From the NCBI GenBank assembly GCA_963804995.1, contig CAWDSK010000004.1, forward strand, positions 32,001 to 96,000: a stretch of DNA of 64,000 bases, written 5' to 3'. The position numbers and the translations under genes were made by a program. This document shows, in pieces, positions 50,381-59,739 of the stretch (position 1 is its first letter; each line of letters starts with the position of its first letter). Below the pieces are notes generated by a model, which worked only from the letters and a program-made list of their open reading frames with translations, searched no databases and was not told the origin of the DNA. The stretch comes from an uncultured Acidobacteriota bacterium (GTDB lineage: Bacteria; Acidobacteriota; Terriglobia; UBA7540).

Positions 50381-51770
50381 CATATGCGCTAGAATAAGAA
50401 ATTGACTTATTCTGCTGCTGATGTATGCTTCTGGCATGAACAAGAATCTAATGGATACCGACTGGAAGTATCTATGCCAGTATTTGCCAGCCAATATGAG
50501 TGAGTTGGCTAAGCGCAGTGGAGCCGTGGCGCGATGGCGCAACCTTAAGAGCGGTGAGGAGTTATTGAGAGTTATTCTAGCATATGCCATCGAAGACCTC
50601 TCTTTGCGGAGCACGGCGGCTTGGTCCGCCCAGGCGGCTCTGGAGCTCAAGGACACCTCTATCCTGCATCGTTTGCGCAAGGCTCCTCCTCTGCTGGAGC
50701 GAGTCTTGGCGCATCTGCTGACGCAGCGACTGCGGGCCGAGCCTGCCCCGGGGCCAGCCTTTCGGATCCTCAACGCCACCGTGCTGAGCATCCCCGGCAG
50801 CCAAGGAACGGATTGGCGTTTGCATGCCGTCTATGATCCCGCCCAGTGTCGTCTCCGACGGGTGGAGATTACCGACCACCAGGGCGGCGAGCGCTTGGAT
50901 CGCGACCGCCCGCAGCCGGGGGACATTGTCTGCGGGGACCGGGGATTGGCGCGCGCCCAAGGTATTCATGCGGTGAGCGAAGCCGGAGCCTATGTTCTGC
51001 TGCGCATGCATTGGCAGAATATTCGGCTGCACGACGCCCAGGGACAGCCTCTGAATCTGAACCAGACCTTGAAAAGGGCGGACGCTGGAGATACGGGGAC
51101 CGTTGCATATGTCCCCCTTTCGGGTAAAGCCCCTGCTCCGGTGCGACTGCTGATTCGCCCTCTGCCCAGCGAAGCAGCCCACCGCAGCCGTCAGCGCTTG
51201 CGCCGCAATGCCGCCAAAAAAGGCCGCACCCCGCAGGCCACCGCCTTGCGTCTGGCCGGCTATTTCTGTGTGCTGACCACTTTGCCGGAAGCCCTCGCCA
51301 GTGACGACGTGGTCCTGGAACTCTACCGCATCCGCTGGCAGATTGAGCTGTTCTTTAAACGCTGCAAAGGCCTCTTGCATTTTGATCAGCTCCGCGCCTT
51401 CGACCCCGGCTTGGTGCGCACCTACTGTCTGGCCAAGTTGATTGAGGTGGCCCTGATTCAGTGTTTGCATGAGGAGGCCGTTTCTATTTCCCCCTGGGGA
51501 GTTCCCCGCTGCCGGAGCGTCGCGGCTTAGCCTGTGGCGATGGGTGCATCTGCACCATTTGGATTTGATCCTGGCCATTTACGGGACCTTCTCCTTGCGG
51601 GTTAAACAACATCGCTGGCCCCTGGCGCGTCAGGCTTTAACCGAGGCACCTCGAAAACGAATCTACGATCGAGAAAAATTCCGGCACCCGCTCTCGCTCC
51701 TTATGAACCGCCTCCTCCACGCGCAACAACTTCGCCTAGGAGCATCGAATGAGCTATTCTAGCGCCTATG
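50381..51770 (+). mobile_element. IS4-family insertion sequence (1390 bp)
   Basis: 16-bp inverted repeats CATA(T/G)GCGCTAGAATA; 11-bp duplication CCCCAGGGGGG at 50370-50380 and 51771-51781. Confidence 0.92.
50421..51530 (+). CDS. IS4-family DDE transposase; possible frameshift extension to 51762
   Basis: GDRG; LYRIRWQIELFFKR.K (Y-R-E-K motif); TTTCCCCC at ~51488 overlapping a downstream open frame. Confidence 0.9.
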   Translation: MYASGMNKNLMDTDWKYLCQYLPANMSELAKRSGAVARWRNLKSGEELLRVILAYAIEDLSLRSTAAWSAQAALELKDTSILHRLRKAPPLLERVLAHLLTQRLRAEPAPGPAFRILNATVLSIPGSQGTDWRLHAVYDPAQCRLRRVEITDHQGGERLDRDRPQPGDIVCGDRGLARAQGIHAVSEAGAYVLLRMHWQNIRLHDAQGQPLNLNQTLKRADAGDTGTVAYVPLSGKAPAPVRLLIRPLPSEAAHRSRQRLRRNAAKKGRTPQATALRLAGYFCVLTTLPEALASDDVVLELYRIRWQIELFFKRCKGLLHFDQLRAFDPGLVRTYCLAKLIEVALIQCLHEEAVSISPWGVPRCRSVAA

Positions 51771-51894
51771 CCCCAGGGGGGGAGGGGGCGCCCGTAACCC
51801 ACGTTCTCACGAGCCGGGAAAAGTAAGGGGGTCCCCACCGGAACAATCTGCAAACTGGATTCCTCATTAAATTCTTGCGATTGAGAAGTGACCC

Positions 51895-52806
51895 ATGCCT
51901 CCTCTAAAGAGTGTGAACCGCCGCCATTTTCTCCAGGCCTCGGCTGTGGCAGCGGGATTGACGTTCGATACCCTTCCGCTCAAGGCTCAGATGGAGGCGG
52001 GTGGGGCCACAAAACCGAAGCCTGCCTCCGGTACTTTACCCACGGGCCACATCGGGAAACTCGAGGTCACGCGTCTGCTCTGCGGGGGTAACCTCTTCAG
52101 CGGATTTGCCCACAGCGGAGAGTTGGTCTACGTTCACAGCCTGCTGCAACATTACTTCACGGACGACAAAATCCTGGATACCTTGCAACTGTGCGAGGAG
52201 AGTGGAATCAACACCACCATTCTTCGCACCGACGAGCAGGTCGTCCGGGTTATCAACCGCTATCGCAGGGAGCGAGGTGGGAAACTCCAGTGGATCGCCC
52301 AGACCTATCCCATGCCTGACAATCTGAAAGAGAACATCCAAATTGCCATCGATAATGGCGCCGTGGGGGCGTTCTGCATGGGCGGCCATGCTGAGGAAGT
52401 CTTCGTGCAAGTGGGCAAGGGCGAAATGATCGGGGAGGTCGTCGCGTTTATCAAGCAGAACGGCCTGGTGGCAGGAGTCGGGGCCCACCTGTTGGAACTC
52501 CCCATCATGTCGGAACAGCAGAAATTCAACCCCGACTTCTATTTCAAGACGATCAACACTGTCGGGTACGCCACCGATGACACCCACGACACGACCGCCT
52601 TTATGAAGACCATCAAGAAGCCCTGGATTGGCTTTAAGGTGCTGGGCGCGGGTCGAGTTATGCCCAAGGATGGCTTCGACTTTGCATTCAAGAACGGGGC
52701 AGACTTCATTAATGTGGGGATGTACGATTTCCAAGTCGCGTCAAACGCCAACCTGGTCCGCGACGTGGTGAAGCGCCACGCGCAGCGCGACCGAGCCTGG
52801 GCGTAA
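51895..52806 (+). CDS. Tat-signal aldo/keto-reductase-like hypothetical protein, paralog 2
   Basis: Collinear with and highly similar to 49306-50271. Confidence 0.82.
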   Translation: MPPLKSVNRRHFLQASAVAAGLTFDTLPLKAQMEAGGATKPKPASGTLPTGHIGKLEVTRLLCGGNLFSGFAHSGELVYVHSLLQHYFTDDKILDTLQLCEESGINTTILRTDEQVVRVINRYRRERGGKLQWIAQTYPMPDNLKENIQIAIDNGAVGAFCMGGHAEEVFVQVGKGEMIGEVVAFIKQNGLVAGVGAHLLELPIMSEQQKFNPDFYFKTINTVGYATDDTHDTTAFMKTIKKPWIGFKVLGAGRVMPKDGFDFAFKNGADFINVGMYDFQVASNANLVRDVVKRHAQRDRAWA

Positions 52807-53010
52807 AGCTAGGCGGTAAGCAGGTAGTAGAGGCGAATTTGCGAATCGGGCTTACCTGTTTGTTTAGGCCCGCCAGGGCCGACAGATTGTGGCCCACCTA
52901 GGCGGGCTCGAATCCGCCCCCCATCCGGCCCTTTCGCCACCTGGGATTTCGGTTGCGGTCTTACGTTATCAGGCTTAAGATGAGGGCAATTCCACTCTGT
53001 GAGGGCTCCT

Positions 53011-53445
53011 ATGAAGGTCGAAGATTTGATCCGCTCGCGCACCGAGGTTTATTCGGTATCGGAGGAGGTGACCGTCTACGATGTCGCCCGCTACCTCCGG
53101 GAGAAGCAGGTCCGGGCAGTCGGAGTCCTAAACCGTGACGGCAAGCTGGCGGGAGTTGTATCACAAAGCGATATTTCCGACAAAGTAGCGGCTGAAAACA
53201 AGTGCCCCGCCTGGACGCGGGTTTCCGAAGTGATGAGCAGAAACCTCATTACTGTCCCGCCGGGCACCCACCTCGATGAGTGTGTGCGCCTGATGGAGCA
53301 TAACGGGATTTACCATTTGCCGGTCGTTGACGAGAAGGAAGCCTACCGCGGGATGATTTCAGCGCAGGACTTGCTGCGGGTCATCGCCTCCGATGAGAAG
53401 GCCCGCGCCGACATGCTGGAATCGTTCCTCTTTTCAGGACGCTGA
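53011..53445 (+). CDS. CBS-domain protein
   Basis: Two CBS repeats (G.L.GVVS..D; VM.....V; HLPVVD....GMIS..DLL). Confidence 0.88.
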   Translation: MKVEDLIRSRTEVYSVSEEVTVYDVARYLREKQVRAVGVLNRDGKLAGVVSQSDISDKVAAENKCPAWTRVSEVMSRNLITVPPGTHLDECVRLMEHNGIYHLPVVDEKEAYRGMISAQDLLRVIASDEKARADMLESFLFSGR

Positions 53446-53721
53446 AGGGCGAGGAAGATGGCGGCGCCCTGGACTTCCTCCACGTGGCCGATCCCAAAAA
53501 GAATTCAAAGGGCAAAGGTGAGGGGCTGACTCATTGTTTGCCGGCCGACCCCTCTGTCGCCGCGGCGACCGAGGGGAGAATTAATTCGAATTCATTGCCC
53601 TCGCCCCTTTGGGGGAGAGGGTGGACCGCTGCCGGCGCTTTCATCAGCCGGAGCGGGACGGGTGAGGGGGTCGCCCAGTGATAAATTCAATAGCGGGTTT
53701 CCCCTGTAACCCACCTACCGC

Positions 53722-55816
53722 TCATTTACCCTCCAACTCGTCAGCCATCGCCCCTGCGTCGTAGAGCTTGCGCAGCACCTCAATAATGGCCCCGCTGTGG
53801 ACGGCCACGGCCCGGTTCTTCTCATCGTTGTACACGTAATCGCCCACCAGGCTTTCGATGTTGCCGTCGAAAATCAATCCCACCAGCTCGCCCTGCTTAT
53901 TGATTACTGGTGAACCTGAATTCCCACCGATAATGTCGCACGTATTCACAAAGTTGATGGGAGTTGCGAGATCGAGTTTGGTTTGGCGCTCGATATAGCG
54001 CGTGGGCAAGTCATAGGGTGGCTTCATATCAAAACTGTAAGCTCGATCGTAGAGACCATAGAAAGTAGAGTGGATTGGCGCCTGGGTACCGTTCATGGGA
54101 TAGCCTTTGACGGCGCCAAAGGATAGCCGCAGCGTGAAGGTCGCATCCGGGTAAAGGGATTTGCCGTAAGCCGCGAAACGCGCTTCACCGATCTTCTCGC
54201 CGGCAGGGGTTTCCACGCTCTCGATCTGGTCCTCGTAGGCTTTGATCATCTGCCGCCGGAAGGGATCAACCTTGCGGGCGAGGACAATTAAGGGATCGGT
54301 AGAAGCTTGCACAGCCGATTCCCCCCCCTCGACGAGCCCTTTGCGAACGCTGGCATCCGCCAACTTGGTCTGGCTCATTACCTCGCCCGCCACCTCTGAC
54401 GGCGAACGCCCTCCCAGTGCGGCTTTGATGAACGGATCATCGGGCCCTAACTCATCCAACGCCAGGCCCAGGAATCCCGCCAGCATGGCGCGCTCAAACT
54501 GCGGATAGAACGGAGCCGGCGAGAAAAGCTGAAAGCGCAGCGACTCAACCTGGGAGTCATGATAGCCCTCCAGACGCTTGCCATCCGGCTTCTTGATTTC
54601 GGCGACGTATTGCACGATGTTCGAGCGCCATCAGGCTCAGGGAAGACCACCCCAGGGCGCGGAGCCGGAAAGGCTTCAGTATTTCCCGGTACTTTATTTC
54701 CGCCGCGGCAATGGAATCCCAGGCGCCACCGTAAGCCTTTTGCCAATCCGGCTTGCTCGCGATGAGCGCGCGGAACGCGTTCTCATCCTTCTGGACTTTG
54801 GCCATCAAGCTCGCATCGTGCAATCCCTGGTACATGCCCGTAACAGCTTTGTGCGAGTTCGCAACCATAAAGATTTGCCGCGTGGCTTGGCGGGTTTGTT
54901 CCGGACCTTGGGCGGCGTAGTCGTTCGCAGCCTTCAGCCGCCACTCGTACGCCTTAAGCGTCAAGGCGAGCGAGTAATTCCGTTGGGTTTCGATTTGCGC
55001 CACAGTATCCATACGGCTGGTCGAGCCCGGGTTACCGGAGACAAACACTACCTCGCCCGCGCCCGCTCCTCGCGCGTTCCATTTCAGATAATCCGTGCTC
55101 TCTACCGGAACTCCTTTCTCGTAAGCGCGGAACAGGGCAAAGTCGATGTCGTAGCGCGGATAGGTGAAATTGTCGGGGTCGCCTCCGAAGAAAGCGATTT
55201 GCTGTTCGGGCGCAAAGACCAGGCGAATGTCCGTGTACTTGTGGTACCGGTAGAGCCAGTATTCTCCACCCTGATAGAGCGTGATGACGTCGGAGCGCAG
55301 TCCGGTCTTCTCCGTGCTCTCCTTTTCAATCTTGGCGATTTCCGCCTTGCGGGCCTCCAAAGCTTTCTGCTCGCTCAGGCCCGCGGTCACGGCGCTCTGG
55401 ACGCGCTTGGTCACATCTTCTTCGTAGACCAAGACATTCAGTTCAAGGTCGGGGCACTTCAATTCCTCAGCCGGCGTCCGCGCATAGAATCCATCCTTCA
55501 CATAGTCGTGCGCCGCCGAGGAAACCTTCTGCAATTGCGTCAGCGCCACGTGGTGGTTGGTCAGCGCCAGTCCATGGGGACTGACAAACGAGCCGGAGCC
55601 GCCGTCGTTGAAGCGCACACTGGCCAGGCGGATGTGATCGAGCCACGCCTGGGTGGGGGTAAAACCATAGCGTTCCTGGAGCTGCTTAAGGGGAGGATTA
55701 TCAAAAGTCCACATCCCTTCGTCGGCCCGGGACTCGGCGCCTCTGAAAAACATCACGCCGGTAATGGCCAGGAGCAAAAAGACGCCGGCTTCCCCGAAAA
55801 GGCGGCGATGCTTCAT
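53722..55816 (-). CDS. S46-family dipeptidyl peptidase; 1-nt frameshift at ~54620
   Basis: ADEGMW, SGSFVS..GL.LTNHH, FGGD.DNF.YPR, DI.GGNSGSP...G.LVGLIFDGN. Removing one base joins the two ORFs (MAL-DIVQY). Confidence 0.92.
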
Positions 55817-56092
55817 AATCACCTCCCCCGTACACAACCTTGTAGGCTCTGAAAACCAAGATGGTGCCCCGGAAGCCTTGCCAAGTCAAGCTGGAGAGCA
55901 AAGTAGAGGTGGCGGAATGTATCCCAATTTTATCGGGACGGCGCCATATGGCGAGGTAAACTCGCCGCTACGACATCCATTACGCCCACTGCCATCCTTC
56001 CGCCCGTGTTTTGGGAACACTCTGGATTATGCTATATCTATCGCGGGTCGATGCTGAAGGCGTGCACGGTCATCTAAAGGAGGGCAAGCGCC

Positions 56093-56731
56093 ATGAGTCT
56101 TCCCGTAATTTCGGAATCAACAGGTTTCTCAAACCTGCCCATCCCGTCTCCGGCAGAATTCCCTGGTCAATCCCGCTTCCTTCGCTTTTGGTCTCTGGCC
56201 ACGATAGCCCTGGCTGGCATCGCGCTGCTCTTTCTTTCGCCGCGTGTATCCACTAGCCAGCAAACCAGCGGCAAGCTGGAGTTGAAGACGACAGCATTCC
56301 AGCCTGGCGGCGGGATCCCCAAACAGTTTACCTGTGACGGGGCGGATGCATCTCCTGCCCTCTCCTGGACCGATCCCCCGGCCGGTACCGAGAGCTTCGC
56401 GCTGATCGTGGACAACCCTGACGCGCCGGTAGGAACTTTCGTCCATTGGGTGGTGTATAACCTGCCATCCTCGACGCGCCAACTCCCGGATCGGGTCCCA
56501 GGCCATGGTGAGATTCGTGGCGGCGGATTGCAAGGCGTGAACGACTTCCCCAAAACCGGCTACGGCGGCCCTTGTCCCCCGCCCGGTAAACCGCACCGGT
56601 ATTTCTTTCGGCTTTATGCTTTGGATAGCAAGCTCAGCCTGAGGGCCGGGGCCCACCGAGCGGAAGTGGACGGGGCCATGAAAGGCCACGTCCTCGCCCA
56701 GGGGGAATTGATGGGCACTTACGGGAGGTAA
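56093..56731 (+). CDS. YbhB/YbcL-family (PEBP) protein
   Basis: TCDG...SP.L.W; PDAP.GTF.HW; Y.GPCPP..HRYFF.LYALD. Confidence 0.9.
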   Translation: MSLPVISESTGFSNLPIPSPAEFPGQSRFLRFWSLATIALAGIALLFLSPRVSTSQQTSGKLELKTTAFQPGGGIPKQFTCDGADASPALSWTDPPAGTESFALIVDNPDAPVGTFVHWVVYNLPSSTRQLPDRVPGHGEIRGGGLQGVNDFPKTGYGGPCPPPGKPHRYFFRLYALDSKLSLRAGAHRAEVDGAMKGHVLAQGELMGTYGR

Positions 56732-56928
56732 GGGGAAATGTTGGTTGCTCCCCTCTCCCGCGGGGAGAGGGTGTCGCGCTGCCGGCGTACTCACCAGCCG
56801 GAGCGCGACGGGTGAGGGGTTACTTCGCTCGCGCGGCCGGAACGTCATCCATGAAGTATCCAAATCCGTAATGCCTAGCGCCTTCCCGGGGAAGCGGGCT
56901 GGAATGCCCTGCCGAGCGGAGTCGCGTT

Positions 56929-57729
56929 TCACTTCGCTGCCGACAGCTTCTGGGATAGCAGCCAGGGGAGCAACTCAGGTTCGGCGTAGGCCTTATCCCA
57001 GGAATTGTGCCCCACGCCCGGGTACTCCGTATAGCGTACGTTCCCACCGGCAGCCTTCAGGGCTTCCACAAGCTGGCGGGATTGTGTGACGGGAACCGTG
57101 TCGTCGGCCCCGCCATGGAAGGCCCACACGGGAGTCTTGCCGATTTTCTGCGCGGCGGCCGTGTAAAGATCGGGGGAGTCTGCAACGTCAGGGGCGCCCG
57201 CGACGTGGTGACTAAGCCGGACCCCGCCGCAAATCGGCACCAGGGCCGCGAATCGGCCGGGGTATTTCGCGCCCAAATCCCAGGTTCCAAAACCGCCCAT
57301 CGAAAGTCCCGTAAGGTAGATTCTTTGCGGATCACCTTTGAATTCCTTCACGGATTGATCCAGCGCCTTGAGGGCCTGCTCTTCCATGGGAGGGTTGGTC
57401 CACCAATCACCTTTGCGACACTGAGGAAGCACGACCAGGAAGGGGAAACGGGCCACACCCATGCGGATGGCGTTGCCAATCCCCTCTGCCGTTTCAAGTA
57501 GTCCGTCGTCACCCGATTCCCCATAGCCGTGCAGGAAAAGAATGACCGGCCACTTCTGGTTCTTGTTCCAATTGCGCGGGACAAAGACCTGGTAGTTGTA
57601 ATTCACTCCGCCCACTGAGACCACCCGGTCTAAAAATCCCGTCTCGGGCCGACGCGCCCAGGCAGGCAAGGCAAACACCAACCCACCCAGTGCGAGCGCT
57701 ATAACCATCCGCCAATAGCGTGAAACCAT
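56929..57729 (-). CDS. secreted alpha/beta-hydrolase (carboxylesterase/peptidase-like)
   Basis: PVILFLHG.GE; RIYLTGLSMGG; FHG..D..VP; GHNSW. Confidence 0.88.
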   Translation of the reverse strand: MVSRYWRMVIALALGGLVFALPAWARRPETGFLDRVVSVGGVNYNYQVFVPRNWNKNQKWPVILFLHGYGESGDDGLLETAEGIGNAIRMGVARFPFLVVLPQCRKGDWWTNPPMEEQALKALDQSVKEFKGDPQRIYLTGLSMGGFGTWDLGAKYPGRFAALVPICGGVRLSHHVAGAPDVADSPDLYTAAAQKIGKTPVWAFHGGADDTVPVTQSRQLVEALKAAGGNVRYTEYPGVGHNSWDKAYAEPELLPWLLSQKLSAAK

Positions 57730-57756
57730 TTCATCCCCTTCCGATGTCTCCGTCGC

Positions 57757-58749
57757 TTACTTCTTAAGCCGTTTCCGCGCCAGAACCACGGCGCCCAACG
57801 GCCCAGCGTTGTCGCCGAGCGTGCCGCAGACAATCTTCACCCGTTCGGCATCGTGACGCCGCAGGAAGTTCTCATACGCGGTCTTCCGGATCGGCGCCAC
57901 GTAAGACTCACCCAGACGCGCGGCAATCCCGCCACCGATCACCACGCACTCGGGGTCGAGCATGTTCACCACGCTCGCCACGTGCAATCCCAGGTAGTAT
58001 TGGGCGCGCTTGAGCACTTTGCGCATGACCGGATCATTCTTCTTGAGGGCGCGCTGCAGGATGCTGCTGGTCATACGCTCCTTATCGCGCTCCGCCATGA
58101 GTTTGAGCACGATGCTCTTTTGGCCGGCGCGGATGGCGGCGCGCACATCGCGCTCCATGGCCGTACGGCTGGCCAGCGCCTCAATGCAACCGTGGTTACC
58201 GCAGCCACAAAGAGGACCATCCACCTGCAGGATCATGTGGCCGACCTCCGCCGCCGCGCCGCGGGATCCCAGATAGAGCTCCCCGTTGAAGATGATCCCG
58301 CCGCCGATGCCCGTTCCCACAAAGATACCGACCAGGTCCTGCGTCCCCTGCCCTGCTCCCAGTGCATACTCACCTACCAACCCCACATTCACATCGTTCT
58401 CAACAAAGACGGGAACGTGCAACAGTTTGCCGAGCTTCTCACCCAGGGGGACGGCATCCCACTTCAAGTTGGGCGCGTGATATACCACGCCGTGCTCAGG
58501 ATCGACGGCTCCCGGGGCACCGATGCTGACGGCGCGCAGGTGCGATTTGCGCAGGCCCGCGGCGCTGACCACGTCCTCAACCATCGCCCCCAGCTCCCGA
58601 ATCAAGGCGTCCGGCTTCAGCTCGACGTTCGTAGGTGTTTTCTCAACCGCCAGAATCTCATTCTGGGGGCTTACTACGAGGGCGCGCAGGCTCGTTCCGC
58701 CCATATCAATTCCGACGATGACGTTCTTTTGGTGGAACCATCGGGTCAC
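57757..58749 (-). CDS. ROK-family sugar kinase (glucokinase-like)
   Basis: GIDMGGT; ENDVN; GTGIGGG; EVGH; CGCGN.GC.E. Confidence 0.92.
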   Translation of the reverse strand: MTRWFHQKNVIVGIDMGGTSLRALVVSPQNEILAVEKTPTNVELKPDALIRELGAMVEDVVSAAGLRKSHLRAVSIGAPGAVDPEHGVVYHAPNLKWDAVPLGEKLGKLLHVPVFVENDVNVGLVGEYALGAGQGTQDLVGIFVGTGIGGGIIFNGELYLGSRGAAAEVGHMILQVDGPLCGCGNHGCIEALASRTAMERDVRAAIRAGQKSIVLKLMAERDKERMTSSILQRALKKNDPVMRKVLKRAQYYLGLHVASVVNMLDPECVVIGGGIAARLGESYVAPIRKTAYENFLRRHDAERVKIVCGTLGDNAGPLGAVVLARKRLKK

Positions 58750-58917
58750 CTCCCGAGTATTTAGGATTTGCGAGTCTACCGCAATCCGTCGGTTCAGGAA
58801 ATGGCTGTTTCAGATAGATTCACGGAGAGAGTTGTGGGGAGCCAAAATGCTAAGCAACCTGCCGGTCGGGGCGATAGCGAAGTGCCAACCCTCGCTCGCC
58901 TCAGATCCGTCAGCGTC

Positions 58918-59253
58918 TCAGGTTTGCGAACTCTGTTTTTCCTTGCAGTCTTTGCACTGCCGGGTCCAGGGCACCGCCTCTAAGCGCGCCCGGCTGATTT
59001 CCAGCCCACACGCTTCGCAGATGCCGAATCTCTCGTCCCGAACTCGAGTCAAGGCATCCTCGATGGCCCGCATGAGCTTGCTGTCTTTCTGCTGCAACAG
59101 GATTTGCATGGCAGCGTCGGTTTCCCGTGCCGCCATATCGACAGGGTCCGCGCGAAGTTCGCCGGCAGCGGGAAGTGCGCTCCTGCTTTGGGAGAGTTCG
59201 TGCTGCTTCGCGAGGAGAAGATTCTTGTAACGAAGGAGGTCATCCTTGTTCAT
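58918..59253 (-). CDS. TraR/DksA C4 zinc-finger protein
   Basis: DPVD.A; I..AL.R....FGIC..CG..I...RLEAVPW...C..C. Confidence 0.9.
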   Translation of the reverse strand: MNKDDLLRYKNLLLAKQHELSQSRSALPAAGELRADPVDMAARETDAAMQILLQQKDSKLMRAIEDALTRVRDERFGICEACGLEISRARLEAVPWTRQCKDCKEKQSSQT

Positions 59254-59739
59254 GGCAATCGCCCTATACCCAGGGATCGCTGTGAATGCACAGCGCACTT
59301 CTTAAATTATACCGCAGGAGCGGGGTTGCGACAGCGAGATATCGCGAGGGGACACGAATTCACCAGCATGGCCTTAGGGACAAAATGGCTCTAGCATCAA
59401 AGCCGCGCGTATTTTTTGCCTGCCGCGCGTAAAATGTGCGAGGGCAGACGTTCGACCTTCCCTTCAAAGCCTGTAACGGACCCATATACAAGGCGTTAGT
59501 GATCATCAGAGTTGGCCTCTGACGTGCCCGTGCGAATGCCAGTATATTCACTCACTCGGTGGAGGAGCGAACTTGGCAAGCCTGGGGGTGGTGATACACT
59601 TTTTTGACTTCACTCCAAACTGAAGGGTAATTAAAGACATAATAACCGCAACAACCCTTCGATTTTTCTGGCCCTTGCGGGAACATATAGACACCAGAGT
59701 CAGAAAAACCTATCATCTAAGGTCTTGTCAAGGAACTGA

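Noticed and set aside
49306..52806. Diversity-generating retroelement TR/VR pair
   Set aside because: Similarity spans whole genes, differences are not adenine-specific, and there is no RT.
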